Assembly (NCBI GenBank): GCA_000999095.1
Contig: LCFP01000004.1
Location: 13,429 to 77,428 of the forward strand
Source of the DNA: Candidatus Gottesmanbacteria bacterium GW2011_GWA2_43_14
GTDB taxonomy: Bacteria > Patescibacteriota > Microgenomatia > 2-02-FULL-39-11
Length of the DNA stretch: 64,000 nt
Direction: 5' to 3'
Below, in pieces: positions 18,562 to 28,700 of the stretch. The notes under the pieces are model-generated. The model was not told the origin of the DNA. It worked only from the letters and a program-made list of their open reading frames with translations, and ran no database searches. How positions within the stretch are numbered: position 1 is the stretch's first letter; each line of letters opens with the position of its first letter. The translations under genes were made by a program, and so were the position numbers.

Positions 18562-18903
18562 ATGACCTCAACAAGATTAATCCTGGCATTTCTTGGAATC
18601 ATTCTCTTAGTTACGGTTATCCTCAGCCGCGGCAGGCTTATAGAATCAATTAAAAATAGGGTCAGCAGCATCCTGCCTAATTCCGGAGAAACCCAGGAAG
18701 AGGCCGCTCTCACTATAACTCCCACAGAAACACCGCTGGCAAAAAATTTAGCACCAACCAGTGAACCTGTTGGGGAGGACGGCTCAGAAAGTACGCCACG
18801 AGGTGAAATTCCTTCAACAGGTCCGCAAACGACAGTTTATCTTCTCAGTGGATTGGGACTGGCCGGCGGAATTTACTTAAAAAATCGGTCAAGAAAAAAA
18901 TAA
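18562..18903 (+). CDS. Small surface protein with N-terminal anchor and LPxTG-like (IPSTG) C-terminus
   Basis: Hydrophobic N-terminus, T/P/E-rich linker, IPSTG + hydrophobic stretch + KNRSRKK; TTGACA-18-TATTAT upstream. Confidence 0.6.
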   Translation: MTSTRLILAFLGIILLVTVILSRGRLIESIKNRVSSILPNSGETQEEAALTITPTETPLAKNLAPTSEPVGEDGSESTPRGEIPSTGPQTTVYLLSGLGLAGGIYLKNRSRKK

Positions 18904-18905
18904 AT

Positions 18906-19460
18906 TCAGAGAGTGCCAAGTTCCGTATCTAACTCACCTGCGGCTTCCTGTAAATACGAGGTATCGGTTTGGTTCAAGTCTGCTTCAATATCCTCAGGGA
19001 TATCATTATCCTTTTGTTGATCATAAAAATTGACGCCTTCATCCGCCCCCGTCGGAATGACAGTAGGCAGGGGTATTGTCGGCCTAATTGCCTCTGTTGG
19101 TATAACATTTTCAGAAACTGCACCTTCCCTCCTGTTTTTTCCGATAATCGTCATAACCAACAATGCTGTCACCGTGACAAAAATTATTATAACCAGAACA
19201 AAAAAGATGTAAAACCATTTTGGAATAGCTTCACTTTTCCCCGGAATTACTACTTTGGCATTACCTTCACTTTGCGGACTTTCCGGGTTTAAACCCGAGG
19301 GCGGAACAGGATTAACGGGAGGGGTTGGGGGAACAGGAACAGCCGGGGGCGAAGAACCGGGGTCAGGATTGGCCGTCGGAACCTGCGGTTGGACAGGAGC
19401 ATTATTTTCCGGCTGCGGCTGATTATTTGAAGGTATTGGATTATTTTTCTGATTATCCAT
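18906..19460 (-). CDS. Hypothetical Pro-rich single-pass membrane protein
   Basis: P/N/Q-rich N-terminus, one TM, acidic C-terminus. Confidence 0.65.
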   Translation of the reverse strand: MDNQKNNPIPSNNQPQPENNAPVQPQVPTANPDPGSSPPAVPVPPTPPVNPVPPSGLNPESPQSEGNAKVVIPGKSEAIPKWFYIFFVLVIIIFVTVTALLVMTIIGKNRREGAVSENVIPTEAIRPTIPLPTVIPTGADEGVNFYDQQKDNDIPEDIEADLNQTDTSYLQEAAGELDTELGTL

Positions 19461-19461
19461 G

Positions 19462-19989
19462 TTATCTGGTTTCTGAAGGACCGACTTTCCCTTCCTGGAC
19501 TATTTTTAATTTATACCTGTTTATCTGTCTCAACAGATTTTTTTCTTCTGCTATGACATCATTTATTTCCCTTATTAAATCCTGGATATCTGTTTTTATT
19601 AAAGCATATTTTTCCTTTTCAGGTGCAGATGAATATGCCTGCCATTGTTCTTTAAGAGTATCAAGAGATATTTTAAGTTCAATAATTTTCCGGTTTAAAC
19701 CGGCAATTTGATCTTCATATCTGGCGATATTCGCCTGTGTCGTATCTGCCCTGGCCAGTAAGCGACTGATTCTGTTATTCATCTTATCCAGCCTTTTAAT
19801 CATGGCTTCAATTCTTCTTTCCAGTATCTTAAAAATCAGATTAGCTTTGGAGTCGGCTGTCAGAAGTTGCAATTGATTGCGTTTTACGCTGGGAGAATCA
19901 CTGGCCTTGTCAGTCTGTTCAATTCTTTGAGCCTGAACCGGCAGTACTATAGTAAAAAAAATAAGACTAATCAGTAAGATTCTTTGCAT
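19462..19989 (-). CDS. Hypothetical secreted coiled-coil protein
   Basis: Signal peptide (...PVQA), heptad-rich body; 1 nt from the next gene. Confidence 0.65.
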   Translation of the reverse strand: MQRILLISLIFFTIVLPVQAQRIEQTDKASDSPSVKRNQLQLLTADSKANLIFKILERRIEAMIKRLDKMNNRISRLLARADTTQANIARYEDQIAGLNRKIIELKISLDTLKEQWQAYSSAPEKEKYALIKTDIQDLIREINDVIAEEKNLLRQINRYKLKIVQEGKVGPSETR

Positions 19990-20094
19990 CGGGCAGAAAT
20001 CCTTTTATCTTTATTTTGCGGCAAAAACAGACCGGAGTCAAGATTTGACTTATTGTCAATTTGATGTTTTTTTATTAACCTGAAGAATGACGTT

Positions 20095-20631
20095 ATGGTT
20101 ATTTTGAAACCTTTTCCGGTCAAATTCCCGCAGATTTCCCGAATATTTCCCTCATCTATCAGTTTGAAGCTGGCTAAGGGGATTCTGTGGTTGAATATCC
20201 TGCTTTTCTTCATCTTAAATTTGTTTAATGAAATTATGCCTGTCGATGATATTGTAGCCAACCGGAGATCACTTTTGAAAAAACCTTTCCAACCTGCCTA
20301 TCATGCTATGATGGCCGAATCTTTAACCTTTTCTAATATGGAACAATCGAGATTGGAGATGATTCTGGCCCAAGATTATTCAGGTTATAAATTCGAAATC
20401 AACCAACTGGGTCTGCAGGATGTTGACCGCAGTCTTTTAAGCAATACCGGAGAAGACATTATTCATGAAAAGGAAATTAATTACTGGCGAGCGATTGCCG
20501 AAGATTTTGAAGGTTATGATTTCGCTTATGCCAAGCTTTCCTCGCTCTATTTTTTCAGCGGCAATCATGAACTGGCAGAGAAATACCGCAATTTAATCCC
20601 CATAGAGAAATCAAAAAAGCTGGAGAAATAG
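20095..20631 (+). CDS. Hypothetical membrane-anchored protein with C-terminal TPR-like repeat
   Basis: One TM; YW..IAE..GYDFAYAKLSSLYF.SGNHELAEKY. Confidence 0.55.
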   Translation: MVILKPFPVKFPQISRIFPSSISLKLAKGILWLNILLFFILNLFNEIMPVDDIVANRRSLLKKPFQPAYHAMMAESLTFSNMEQSRLEMILAQDYSGYKFEINQLGLQDVDRSLLSNTGEDIIHEKEINYWRAIAEDFEGYDFAYAKLSSLYFFSGNHELAEKYRNLIPIEKSKKLEK

Positions 20632-21333
20632 TCAGCCTTGCTTTTCCTTTTTTTCCTGAGGAGCTGGTTGTCCTTGGTCTTCAGCAGTTTTTCCTTCGGC
20701 TGCTACGCCCTCAACCTGAGCTTCCGCTGCTTCACCCTCTGCAGGAATAACCACTGGGGGCTCTTCAATTTTTTCTTTGACAGTCAAAGGTCCTATTTTA
20801 ACAACCTCCAGTTCGGTATCCGTCAGGATTTTTATCTTGTCGCTGACTTTTAAATCCGTAACTTTGACGGCATCGTCTATTTTAACCAGTCCTGAAATAT
20901 CAACTTCAATGCGGTCCGGCAAATCCTGGGGCAAAGCCTCAACCTGCAGTTCATCCAGATTGGTCAAAAGGACTCCGGTTTTATCTTTAACGGCTGGTGC
21001 TTCCCCGGTAACTGCCAAAGGCACGTTTGCGGTAACTTTTTCTTTCAAGTCAACCTGGTAGAAATCGGCGTGGATAATCTGATTGGTAATCGGGTGGTAA
21101 GACACATTGTGAATCAGGACCGGCAACTTTTTTCCCTCAAGCATCAGATCAACTAAGCCAGTTTCCCCGGCTGTTGCAAAAACTCCCCTGAAGACCTTCT
21201 CATCCACGGAAACGGCCTGTGATTTTACTTTCTTGCCGTAAATATTACCGGGCAATAAACCCTGGATTCTTAATTTTTTAACTTTCCTGCCTACAACTGT
21301 TCTCGATTTGGCTGTCAAGCTTATCTTATCCAT
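20632..21333 (-). CDS. rplY: 50S ribosomal protein L25 (Ctc type)
   Basis: R...GRKVKKLR..GLLPGNIYG, HADFYQV, LPQDLP..IEVDIS. Confidence 0.93.
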   Translation of the reverse strand: MDKISLTAKSRTVVGRKVKKLRIQGLLPGNIYGKKVKSQAVSVDEKVFRGVFATAGETGLVDLMLEGKKLPVLIHNVSYHPITNQIIHADFYQVDLKEKVTANVPLAVTGEAPAVKDKTGVLLTNLDELQVEALPQDLPDRIEVDISGLVKIDDAVKVTDLKVSDKIKILTDTELEVVKIGPLTVKEKIEEPPVVIPAEGEAAEAQVEGVAAEGKTAEDQGQPAPQEKKEKQG

Positions 21334-21342
21334 AATTGTCGT

Positions 21343-21401
21343 ATTGTAAGGTCAACTACCTCAGAAGTCAATTGTAAATCGGGAAAATACATGCCTATAA
21401 T
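21343..21401. promoter_or_regulatory. Back-to-back sigma-70 promoters for rplY (-) and the LCP gene (+)
   Basis: Minus strand: TTGACT(21371-66)-17-TACAAT(21348-43). Plus strand: TTGTAA(21372-77)-18-TATAAT(21396-401), 7 nt before ATG. Confidence 0.6.
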
Positions 21402-21408
21402 GATTTAA

Positions 21409-22584
21409 ATGGGTAAATCATTTTACTTTTTCTGGTCTGCAATTCTTTTTATCAACCTGCTGTTTCTGACCACTTTGTTTGCCGGCAGTCAAAGACCGGC
21501 AGTCTTATTAAATCCGGTAACTGTCAAAGCTTCAGCTTTCGCTGAAGAGCAAACGCCGGAACCAGAAACAGGCGAAACTAGCCAAAGGGAGTATCATATC
21601 CTGCTTTTAGGGCTTGATGGCCGCAAAGGCGATGTTAAACCCCGCTGTGATGCCATCCATATTTTCAGTTTTTCACCCCGGCATAGTTATCTACTGATTA
21701 CTTCCCTCCCTAGAGGTACGAAATTAAATCCTCAAGCTGAAGACTCCATGTATCTGGCAAACAGCTGCAGCATCAACGGCATTGATTTTACTGTCAATGA
21801 AATTGAGAGAATTACCCAACTCAAAATTGACGCCGTAGTTAAAGTCGGCTTTTCCCAGGTTTTGGGCATATTGAGAACTCTAAATATGCCGACTACTTCT
21901 ACACTGCAATTTTTAAGAAGCCGGCGATATACCATCGGTGACAATCAAAGGAGCCGTAACCAGGCAATGTTTTTTAAGGACGTGATTATCAACCATTTCG
22001 AAGATTATTATAATTTGCCGGCAGGTTTAAAATCCTGGTTATTTAAGACCGTCGAAGCAGATATTACCTACGATCAGGCTGAGTATCTTCTGGAAAGTAT
22101 TTATAAAAATAAAGTCTACCAGCAACCTGAAAACATTATTCTTATTTCCCTGCCTTACGAAAATCACTACCTTCGGGAAATTCATCTGCCGGACAACGCG
22201 GAAGGATCTTCTCAGGATAATGAATTTATTGAATACCAGGCAAACCTATCTGCTTACCTGAAGAAACTGATTGCCCAATCAGATAAACTTACTAAAACGG
22301 GAAATATTCAGTCTGCTGAGAAATTATTGACTGTCCCTTACCATCAGAAGTTGTGGTTGCAGCTGGAAAATGATTTTTTACGCCGGGAGATTTATTTTCA
22401 TATGATGAAGACTTATGCAGACGCTGTCTCCGACCGTATGTTAAAAAAAGAAATTATCTCCGATTATCTGGAAGAAATGTCAGTTTTCGGTGATGAAGAA
22501 TATTTATCAAAGGGTAAAGCCGTCTTAACATCATTCTTTCCCGACTCAGTGAGTGACGGAGAAGGTGAAAATCCTGTCAACTGA
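21409..22584 (+). CDS. LCP (LytR-CpsA-Psr) family cell-envelope ligase
   Basis: N-terminal TM; ILLLGLDGR...RCDAI, SLPR, FLRSRR...GD.QRSRNQ. Confidence 0.8.
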   Translation: MGKSFYFFWSAILFINLLFLTTLFAGSQRPAVLLNPVTVKASAFAEEQTPEPETGETSQREYHILLLGLDGRKGDVKPRCDAIHIFSFSPRHSYLLITSLPRGTKLNPQAEDSMYLANSCSINGIDFTVNEIERITQLKIDAVVKVGFSQVLGILRTLNMPTTSTLQFLRSRRYTIGDNQRSRNQAMFFKDVIINHFEDYYNLPAGLKSWLFKTVEADITYDQAEYLLESIYKNKVYQQPENIILISLPYENHYLREIHLPDNAEGSSQDNEFIEYQANLSAYLKKLIAQSDKLTKTGNIQSAEKLLTVPYHQKLWLQLENDFLRREIYFHMMKTYADAVSDRMLKKEIISDYLEEMSVFGDEEYLSKGKAVLTSFFPDSVSDGEGENPVN

Positions 22585-24900
22585 TGTATCCGAAGCGTAA
22601 ACAATTCCCTCCTTTGAGGCCGAAGTAAAATTCTTGGCAGCCAGAATCATTTTCGACGAGACCACAGACAAATTAAAGCTGTATGCTTTATCCCCGGGTT
22701 GCTTTTGAAAATAAAACTGGTATTCCCCGGTTTCAGGATTTATCTGATCCGAATGAAGGAAACTTAGCGAAAGCTGGCTTTTTGTCAGCTCCGGTATTTT
22801 GATAAGCATCCCGTAGTAAGTCTTATCATTTTGGTAATCCCCGCTGTCAATCCTGGTGCTTTCAATCTCTTTACCGGCTAAACTTGCCGAAATGAGCCTG
22901 CTTCCTTTGGGCACGATCAGACGCAGGTAATTGGTATAAATGCCGCCGGCCAGATACGCCGCCGATCCCTGGTTTTCAAAATTAATCTCTAAATCGGTAA
23001 TGATTTGCCCGTTAACATTGATTTTTTTGTTTATTAGGGCTGACTTCTTTATAAAATAGTTTGCTTTGTTAACTCCCAGATTGGCGTCAACCAGAAATAA
23101 ATAATCTGCTAAACAAGACTTTTGCCTGCTTTGGCAGCTGACCTGGAAAATTCTGCCTCCCCAACCCATCCGTTCGATTTGCTGTTGGCTGGATTCGTCA
23201 TTTAAATAAATCAGGATATTCTTCTCATCAAGAGAGTTTTTGATAATTTGGGTAAGTTTTATAAGAGATATGTTTTCCCCGGCAATTTTATTCTGCAGGC
23301 CTTGTGAAAGAGCCGTCAGAAAATCCTTTTTTTTGGTGGATCCTTCGAAAAAATCAGTTTGGATGTGCAGCTGGCTTTTAACGAACAGATTGTCCGCGGT
23401 GACAATTTCATTGTTAAAATCGGCTAATGTGACAGGCCCTGAAGTTTCAAGAAGTTTTTGGGCGAAAAAAAGATTGACTCCGATAACACCGTCAATTTTC
23501 TGGTTAAGTATTTTTTGAACGAACCATTCTGCCTGCAATGCAGTTTCGGCAAAATCAGGATTGAAATTGCTGTCCCGGAGAAACCAATTCGGCTGATTTA
23601 AATGCAGACGAATAGCTTCAGGCGGTTCAACATGCCCTTTCAGCTGACCGTCCAAAGTATAGACATCCATAATTTTAAATTCCTCGATTCTTCCGGAGGT
23701 TACAGTCAAAAAACCTACTGAACCGATAAATCCTCCTGTGGGGCGAAGTTCCATATTGTTTTGGAAAAGTATCAGGTAAGTCCTGCTTTCGTTAACCAAA
23801 AAAATATGATCCAAAACAGGCACCAATTCCTTGACCGCAGTTAAATTTTGCCTCGCTTCGGAAATGGCCGGCAGCAGATTTTCTTTCGGAATAAAAGGCA
23901 GTTCGCTGCTGATTATTTTTTCCTGCAAATCCTGTGCGGCATAATCCAGGCCATTGACAGACTCGACCAGTTTGGAAAAATTACTTTTAGAAAAAGTGAA
24001 TCCGGTCAAAGTATAACTGTGGTTGGCTGCTTTCAGTTCTTCTGCCAGACTCATGGTACCGCCAATCACCGTCAGCATCCTGTCGGTAGATTCAATAAGC
24101 TGGCCTAAATCTGTCATAAACGAAAAATTTTTCAGGGGAAACAGCACTATGCTTGAAGTTTTATACATAGTTTTGGCAATTTTTATCTTTTCCTTCGCCT
24201 GGGACACATCCCTGGCTACATCAGTCAGACTCCCCTGTTTAAGATGATCGGATAAATTTCCGAAAATATGCCTCAGGGTAAAGATATACCAGCCGCAGGT
24301 TGCGGTAGTTATAACTGCCGCCGATATAAAAAAAATTAAAAACGCCAGTAATGGGGAACTGATTCTTCTGGTGACTTTCACCTGGCTTAATGCCTGCACT
24401 TCTGATTTTTTTCTGACCAGATTTTTAAGATTATCTTTAAAGCCGGCTTTTTTCTTCATCGGTTCGGAATTTGCTGAATTTCTGCTTTTTATGTTGAAAT
24501 AATTGTTTACAGAGTGGGTTAAACTTATTTTCAACAGAATATTTGAGAGTTCCACGCCATCCCAAATTTCCGGATCATCCATCTTTACTATTTTGATATT
24601 GTCCAAGTTCTTCAGCCTTCCAATGTCCTGACTCCCATCCCGGATGATGAGCAATAGACGGCCGTTTTTTTTTAACAGTTTCAAATATGCATCGTATGCA
24701 TCTTTTACTGTTCCGAACAGATAAAGATAGTCAAATTTCCCGCTTTTGGGCAGTTCATCAGTAATAACTACTTCACAGTTACCTTTATTTAATTTTTCCG
24801 CCAAAATATTTGCCTGGCTCCAACTCCCGCTGATCAATGCCAATGGCGAAGGGACTTTTTCAATGATTTCTCTTTGGTGATTTTTGAAATGATTATCCAT
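22546..24900 (-). CDS. DUF4012 domain membrane protein
   Basis: LILFQNNMELRPTGGFIGS, DGQL, LRDSNFNPDF, DANLGVNKAN, NYLRL..PKGS, QKQPG. Confidence 0.82.
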   Translation of the reverse strand: MDNHFKNHQREIIEKVPSPLALISGSWSQANILAEKLNKGNCEVVITDELPKSGKFDYLYLFGTVKDAYDAYLKLLKKNGRLLLIIRDGSQDIGRLKNLDNIKIVKMDDPEIWDGVELSNILLKISLTHSVNNYFNIKSRNSANSEPMKKKAGFKDNLKNLVRKKSEVQALSQVKVTRRISSPLLAFLIFFISAAVITTATCGWYIFTLRHIFGNLSDHLKQGSLTDVARDVSQAKEKIKIAKTMYKTSSIVLFPLKNFSFMTDLGQLIESTDRMLTVIGGTMSLAEELKAANHSYTLTGFTFSKSNFSKLVESVNGLDYAAQDLQEKIISSELPFIPKENLLPAISEARQNLTAVKELVPVLDHIFLVNESRTYLILFQNNMELRPTGGFIGSVGFLTVTSGRIEEFKIMDVYTLDGQLKGHVEPPEAIRLHLNQPNWFLRDSNFNPDFAETALQAEWFVQKILNQKIDGVIGVNLFFAQKLLETSGPVTLADFNNEIVTADNLFVKSQLHIQTDFFEGSTKKKDFLTALSQGLQNKIAGENISLIKLTQIIKNSLDEKNILIYLNDESSQQQIERMGWGGRIFQVSCQSRQKSCLADYLFLVDANLGVNKANYFIKKSALINKKINVNGQIITDLEINFENQGSAAYLAGGIYTNYLRLIVPKGSRLISASLAGKEIESTRIDSGDYQNDKTYYGMLIKIPELTKSQLSLSFLHSDQINPETGEYQFYFQKQPGDKAYSFNLSVVSSKMILAAKNFTSASKEGIVYASDTSVDRIFTFSVTH

Positions 24901-25315
24901 CTAAGGCAAGGTTGACGAGTCTGTCCGCTTCCCAATTTTTTTCCCTGGGAATGGCATGATAATAAATATCGGTTTTTATCTCTTTTTCCAAATATCTGAT
25001 TTTCAAAATATATTCCTTAAAAAGAGGCTGCTTTATTTTAAATAATCCTTTTATCTGGTTTACAATCAAAGTCGAATCAGAATAAAAATTTATTACTGTC
25101 TTCTCATTTATGCCCAATTTATTTTTTGAGTCTTTTAAAAAAGTCAACGCAGCCAATACTGCCTGGTACTCTGCATCATTATTGGTAGTTAAGCCTATTT
25201 TTTGAGAAATCCTATAGGTCTTGTTTACAGGTTCGGTTTTTATTACGGCTCCGATGGCCGCCGGACCGGGATTTCCCCTGGCTCCCCCGTCGGTATAAAC
25301 ATTAATTGAATACAT
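24893..25315 (-). CDS. rnhA: Ribonuclease HI family protein (start moved to ATG 25315)
   Basis: YTDGGARGNPGPAA, TNNDAEY, SDSTLIVNQ, IPREKN.EAD.LVN. Confidence 0.9.
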   Translation of the reverse strand: MYSINVYTDGGARGNPGPAAIGAVIKTEPVNKTYRISQKIGLTTNNDAEYQAVLAALTFLKDSKNKLGINEKTVINFYSDSTLIVNQIKGLFKIKQPLFKEYILKIRYLEKEIKTDIYYHAIPREKNWEADRLVNLALDG

Positions 25316-25422
25316 AGATTGAAGCAAATACGAATATATCAGCCGCTTCAGATCGGATGATATATCTATCTTAACGGGAAATGAATGGAAGAACAATTCC
25401 TGTTTTCCGGAAGGCCGGTATC

Positions 25423-25776
25423 TTAAGATTTATTTTTTTTTACGGAGTATACTTCAAGGGATTTTCTGACTTCATCAAGCGATTCCTTCGACTCCGTCTC
25501 AGACAGTTTTTGCATCAGTTCATGAATCAGGCGGGTTTTCACTTCTTCAATGTCATTGGCATTGTATTTTCTTTTCCCAGCTTTCACTTCATCCAGAATG
25601 TGAATTTTTTCCAATGCTAGTTGAGCATGATATTTTTCAGTAATAAATGACCAGGCTTTTTGTGATAACTCAAGCTTGTCCCCCTCACTGACATAATCAA
25701 TATTTTCCATGAGCTGTTTGATTTGCTCTCCCGGAAAATTGGCTACTTTTAACAATACCGGTAATGATATGGCCAT
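25423..25776 (-). CDS. Hypothetical helical protein
   Basis: 117-aa ORF with plausible composition; start overlaps the upstream giant ORF by 80 nt. Confidence 0.55.
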   Translation of the reverse strand: MAISLPVLLKVANFPGEQIKQLMENIDYVSEGDKLELSQKAWSFITEKYHAQLALEKIHILDEVKAGKRKYNANDIEEVKTRLIHELMQKLSETESKESLDEVRKSLEVYSVKKNKS

Positions 25777-28700
25777 AATGTTGTGTAGGTGATATTTTTA
25801 AAATATCGGCAAATCCCGAACTGAGGCGGCCCCTGACTGGGTCAACAAAATAAACATTTAGCTCACCGTTATCAAACTTAACCTCAAATCCGTCCTGGTT
25901 AAAATCAGTAAATTTGTTCTGCAAGTGCCTTATTCTATCTGACACGTTCATCATGCTGATCCCCTGAGCGACCTCGAACAAGAAATTTCTCGTCAGATTT
26001 CTTGTTGAATCAACATGATTAAACAGATTTACCAATTGATTTAGATCCGCTATTTGAGTGGGGTCTCTCTTGAAAATTATGTTTTGTATTTCCGAGGGAT
26101 CTTTTCTGGTACCGTCAGCTTTATAAATCAGTTCCAATACGCCGGGAGGATAGCCTCCGGCGGCTGTTGCAGCAGCCCGGTCAACAGCAAGGGATGAAAT
26201 AAAATTATTGATTTCAACTACCGTCCTTCTCTTATCGGCGGTCAATTCATAAAAGAGCGCCTGCAGTTCTGGACTGGCTCCGATAAAACTTTCCCTTTCA
26301 TAGGGTAATACCGCCGGATTGAATGCCCCCAAACCGGTAATTATATCGGCTAAATCTTTCTTGCCGTCGGCAGTATTAGGACCATATATAATATTTATTA
26401 ATTCAGGTGGTAAACCAGCGTTTTCTGCCGACTCTCTATTTGTGTACGTTATACTGTCAAGAACAGCCTGGTCAAAATCAGCCGGATTGGTCGCAGCTTT
26501 TCTCCTGAATTCGTTTCCATAAGCTAAATAAACTAACTCATCCGGTATATTTGGCTGAAGATCGCTGGGTAATAAATTAATAGTAGACTGTTCTTTCCTC
26601 AGGTTCAAAGTTAAATTTAACCCGCCAATAGGCTCCGTATTGTCAATACCGAGATTTACCGATATCCCGGAATTGCCGATATTTTCCTCAATAATAGGAC
26701 CCCGTTCTATCAGAGCTCCTGTCCGTTCATTTTTATTCATTTCAGTTATGCTGATCGGACCGTGATCAGTAGTAAATGTTTCCGTCTTCGGACCGGCGGT
26801 GGAAACAGTCAGAAGTTCATTAAAAGGATTGCCTTTAATGGCATCCTTAGAAATCTCAATAAGGGTTTTACTTATTACCTGTGCTGTGGAGACTCTGTCC
26901 TGGGCTAAAAGGGATGCCAGCCTGGTATCATAGAGAATCGAAAGTGAATCATTTAATTCTATCTGTATGTTGTTAAGCTGCCGGCGCAAATCTCTTACCT
27001 GGTCTTCCCATCCGTCTGCTTTACCTTTTTCAATATTGGATACTTGCTCTGTAAGTCCAGCGATTTCCTGCTTGATTGATTGACTGTCCTGGTAGGCCTG
27101 CAATCCTGCCGAGTCTCCGGCAAAGAAGGCGTTCGGAGTTGCCCTGTTTTCCAGATTCCAGACACTCATAATTGCTTCTGCCAGTCTGCCTTTGCTTAAT
27201 ATTCTCGAAGTCAAATTATAATTACCGTTTACCCCCTGACTTAAAGCATCTATGCCGAATATTCTTTTTAAAAGAAGACTATAACCTTCATCGCTTAATG
27301 TTTTTGCTAAATCTTCGATCTTAATATTGCCGCTGATAATATCATTGATTAATTCATTAAATTTGTCCGAATTAAAAATTTCACTCTCGACGAGTTTTTG
27401 TAAGCCCCGTTCAGTTTCCTTATCTTCATCACTGACAACCAGAGCTTCACCTGCTTCTTTTCTCTCTCTTAATTTTTTCAGTTCCGCTTCTAATTTAGTT
27501 ACTTTATCGGCAGTTTCTTTGGCGATATCTCCTATTTTCTCTGTAGAAGGCGCGGTAAATCCTGGAATAGTTACATCAAATCCGAAAACCTCCTGTAATA
27601 ATTGATTTCTTTTACGGATTAATGCGTCCAATTTATCTTTTTCACTCTTATATTCTAATCTGGCTGTTTCAATCTCGTTTTTCTTTGTTTCAATTTGATC
27701 TCTCAAGTTATCTAATGTTCCTCCGCTTTTCTCAAAAATAGCTATTTCCTGTTTTACATTATTTATTTCATTTCCAAGCGAGTTATAACTTTCTTCTAAA
27801 GATTCTCTTCTTTCGGTTAATGGAGTTAGTGCATTCTCAGCAGCTTTGGCACCCCTTGGGTCGACATCACTATCTAAAATAGCAATTTTATCAATTATCT
27901 CTTGTTTTCTAGAATCGGTATCAGGTATCAAATCAAGGGGAATAAGCTTTAATCGCTGTAATTCTTCAGACCGCTCAGCCAGTATTTTTTCCGTTCCAGC
28001 TTCTATCTTTTTGGCCGCCTTTAATTCACCACCGATTTGTTTCTGGTCACCAATAATACCCGTATATAAACCGGTTGCCTGTTTTTCTCCAAGATGACTT
28101 TTTAAGAAGGTGATTCTATCTTCTGCTGTTTTTATTTTAGCTTCAATTGTTCCTATTTCGCCTGTAGCTTTTTTAGCTCCTGCTGATTGTTTTCCTTTTG
28201 TCGTTTTGGCAGAATCCCAAGCATCTTTTTTGGAAGTTGCAGTACTTTCTTGAGTTGTAATATCTGTTAGTAATTGGGTATAGCTTTCCTTGGAAGTGGT
28301 TTGTCTCTCGCGGCGGGCTGTTTCAGTTGAAAGTTCATGTTCCTTATTTTCAAGCGTAATCGGGGATTCTTTGGGGTGAAGTACCCGAGCGCCTGATAAT
28401 ATATCTTTTGCTAATTTTTCAAGTTGGCTAGTAATTCCCTCTTCCAATGGTTCTCCTCTGGCTCGGGCGATCATGACTTTTTTGATAATCGGCGCCAGAG
28501 TTTCACCGCCCTCGACCTGGGAAATGGTATCGAAAGCCTTAGTCACCACTTTTACCCTGTCTTCCAGTTCCAATTCTCCCAATTCTTTGTGTCCCCCTGC
28601 TTCTCTTTTATATTCCTGCTCCAAAATCTGCTGGATTTTTTTGGCAAGTCTGATTCGGTGGCGCATTTCCGTCCCCTGAGCCGCTTCTCCCAACACCCTG

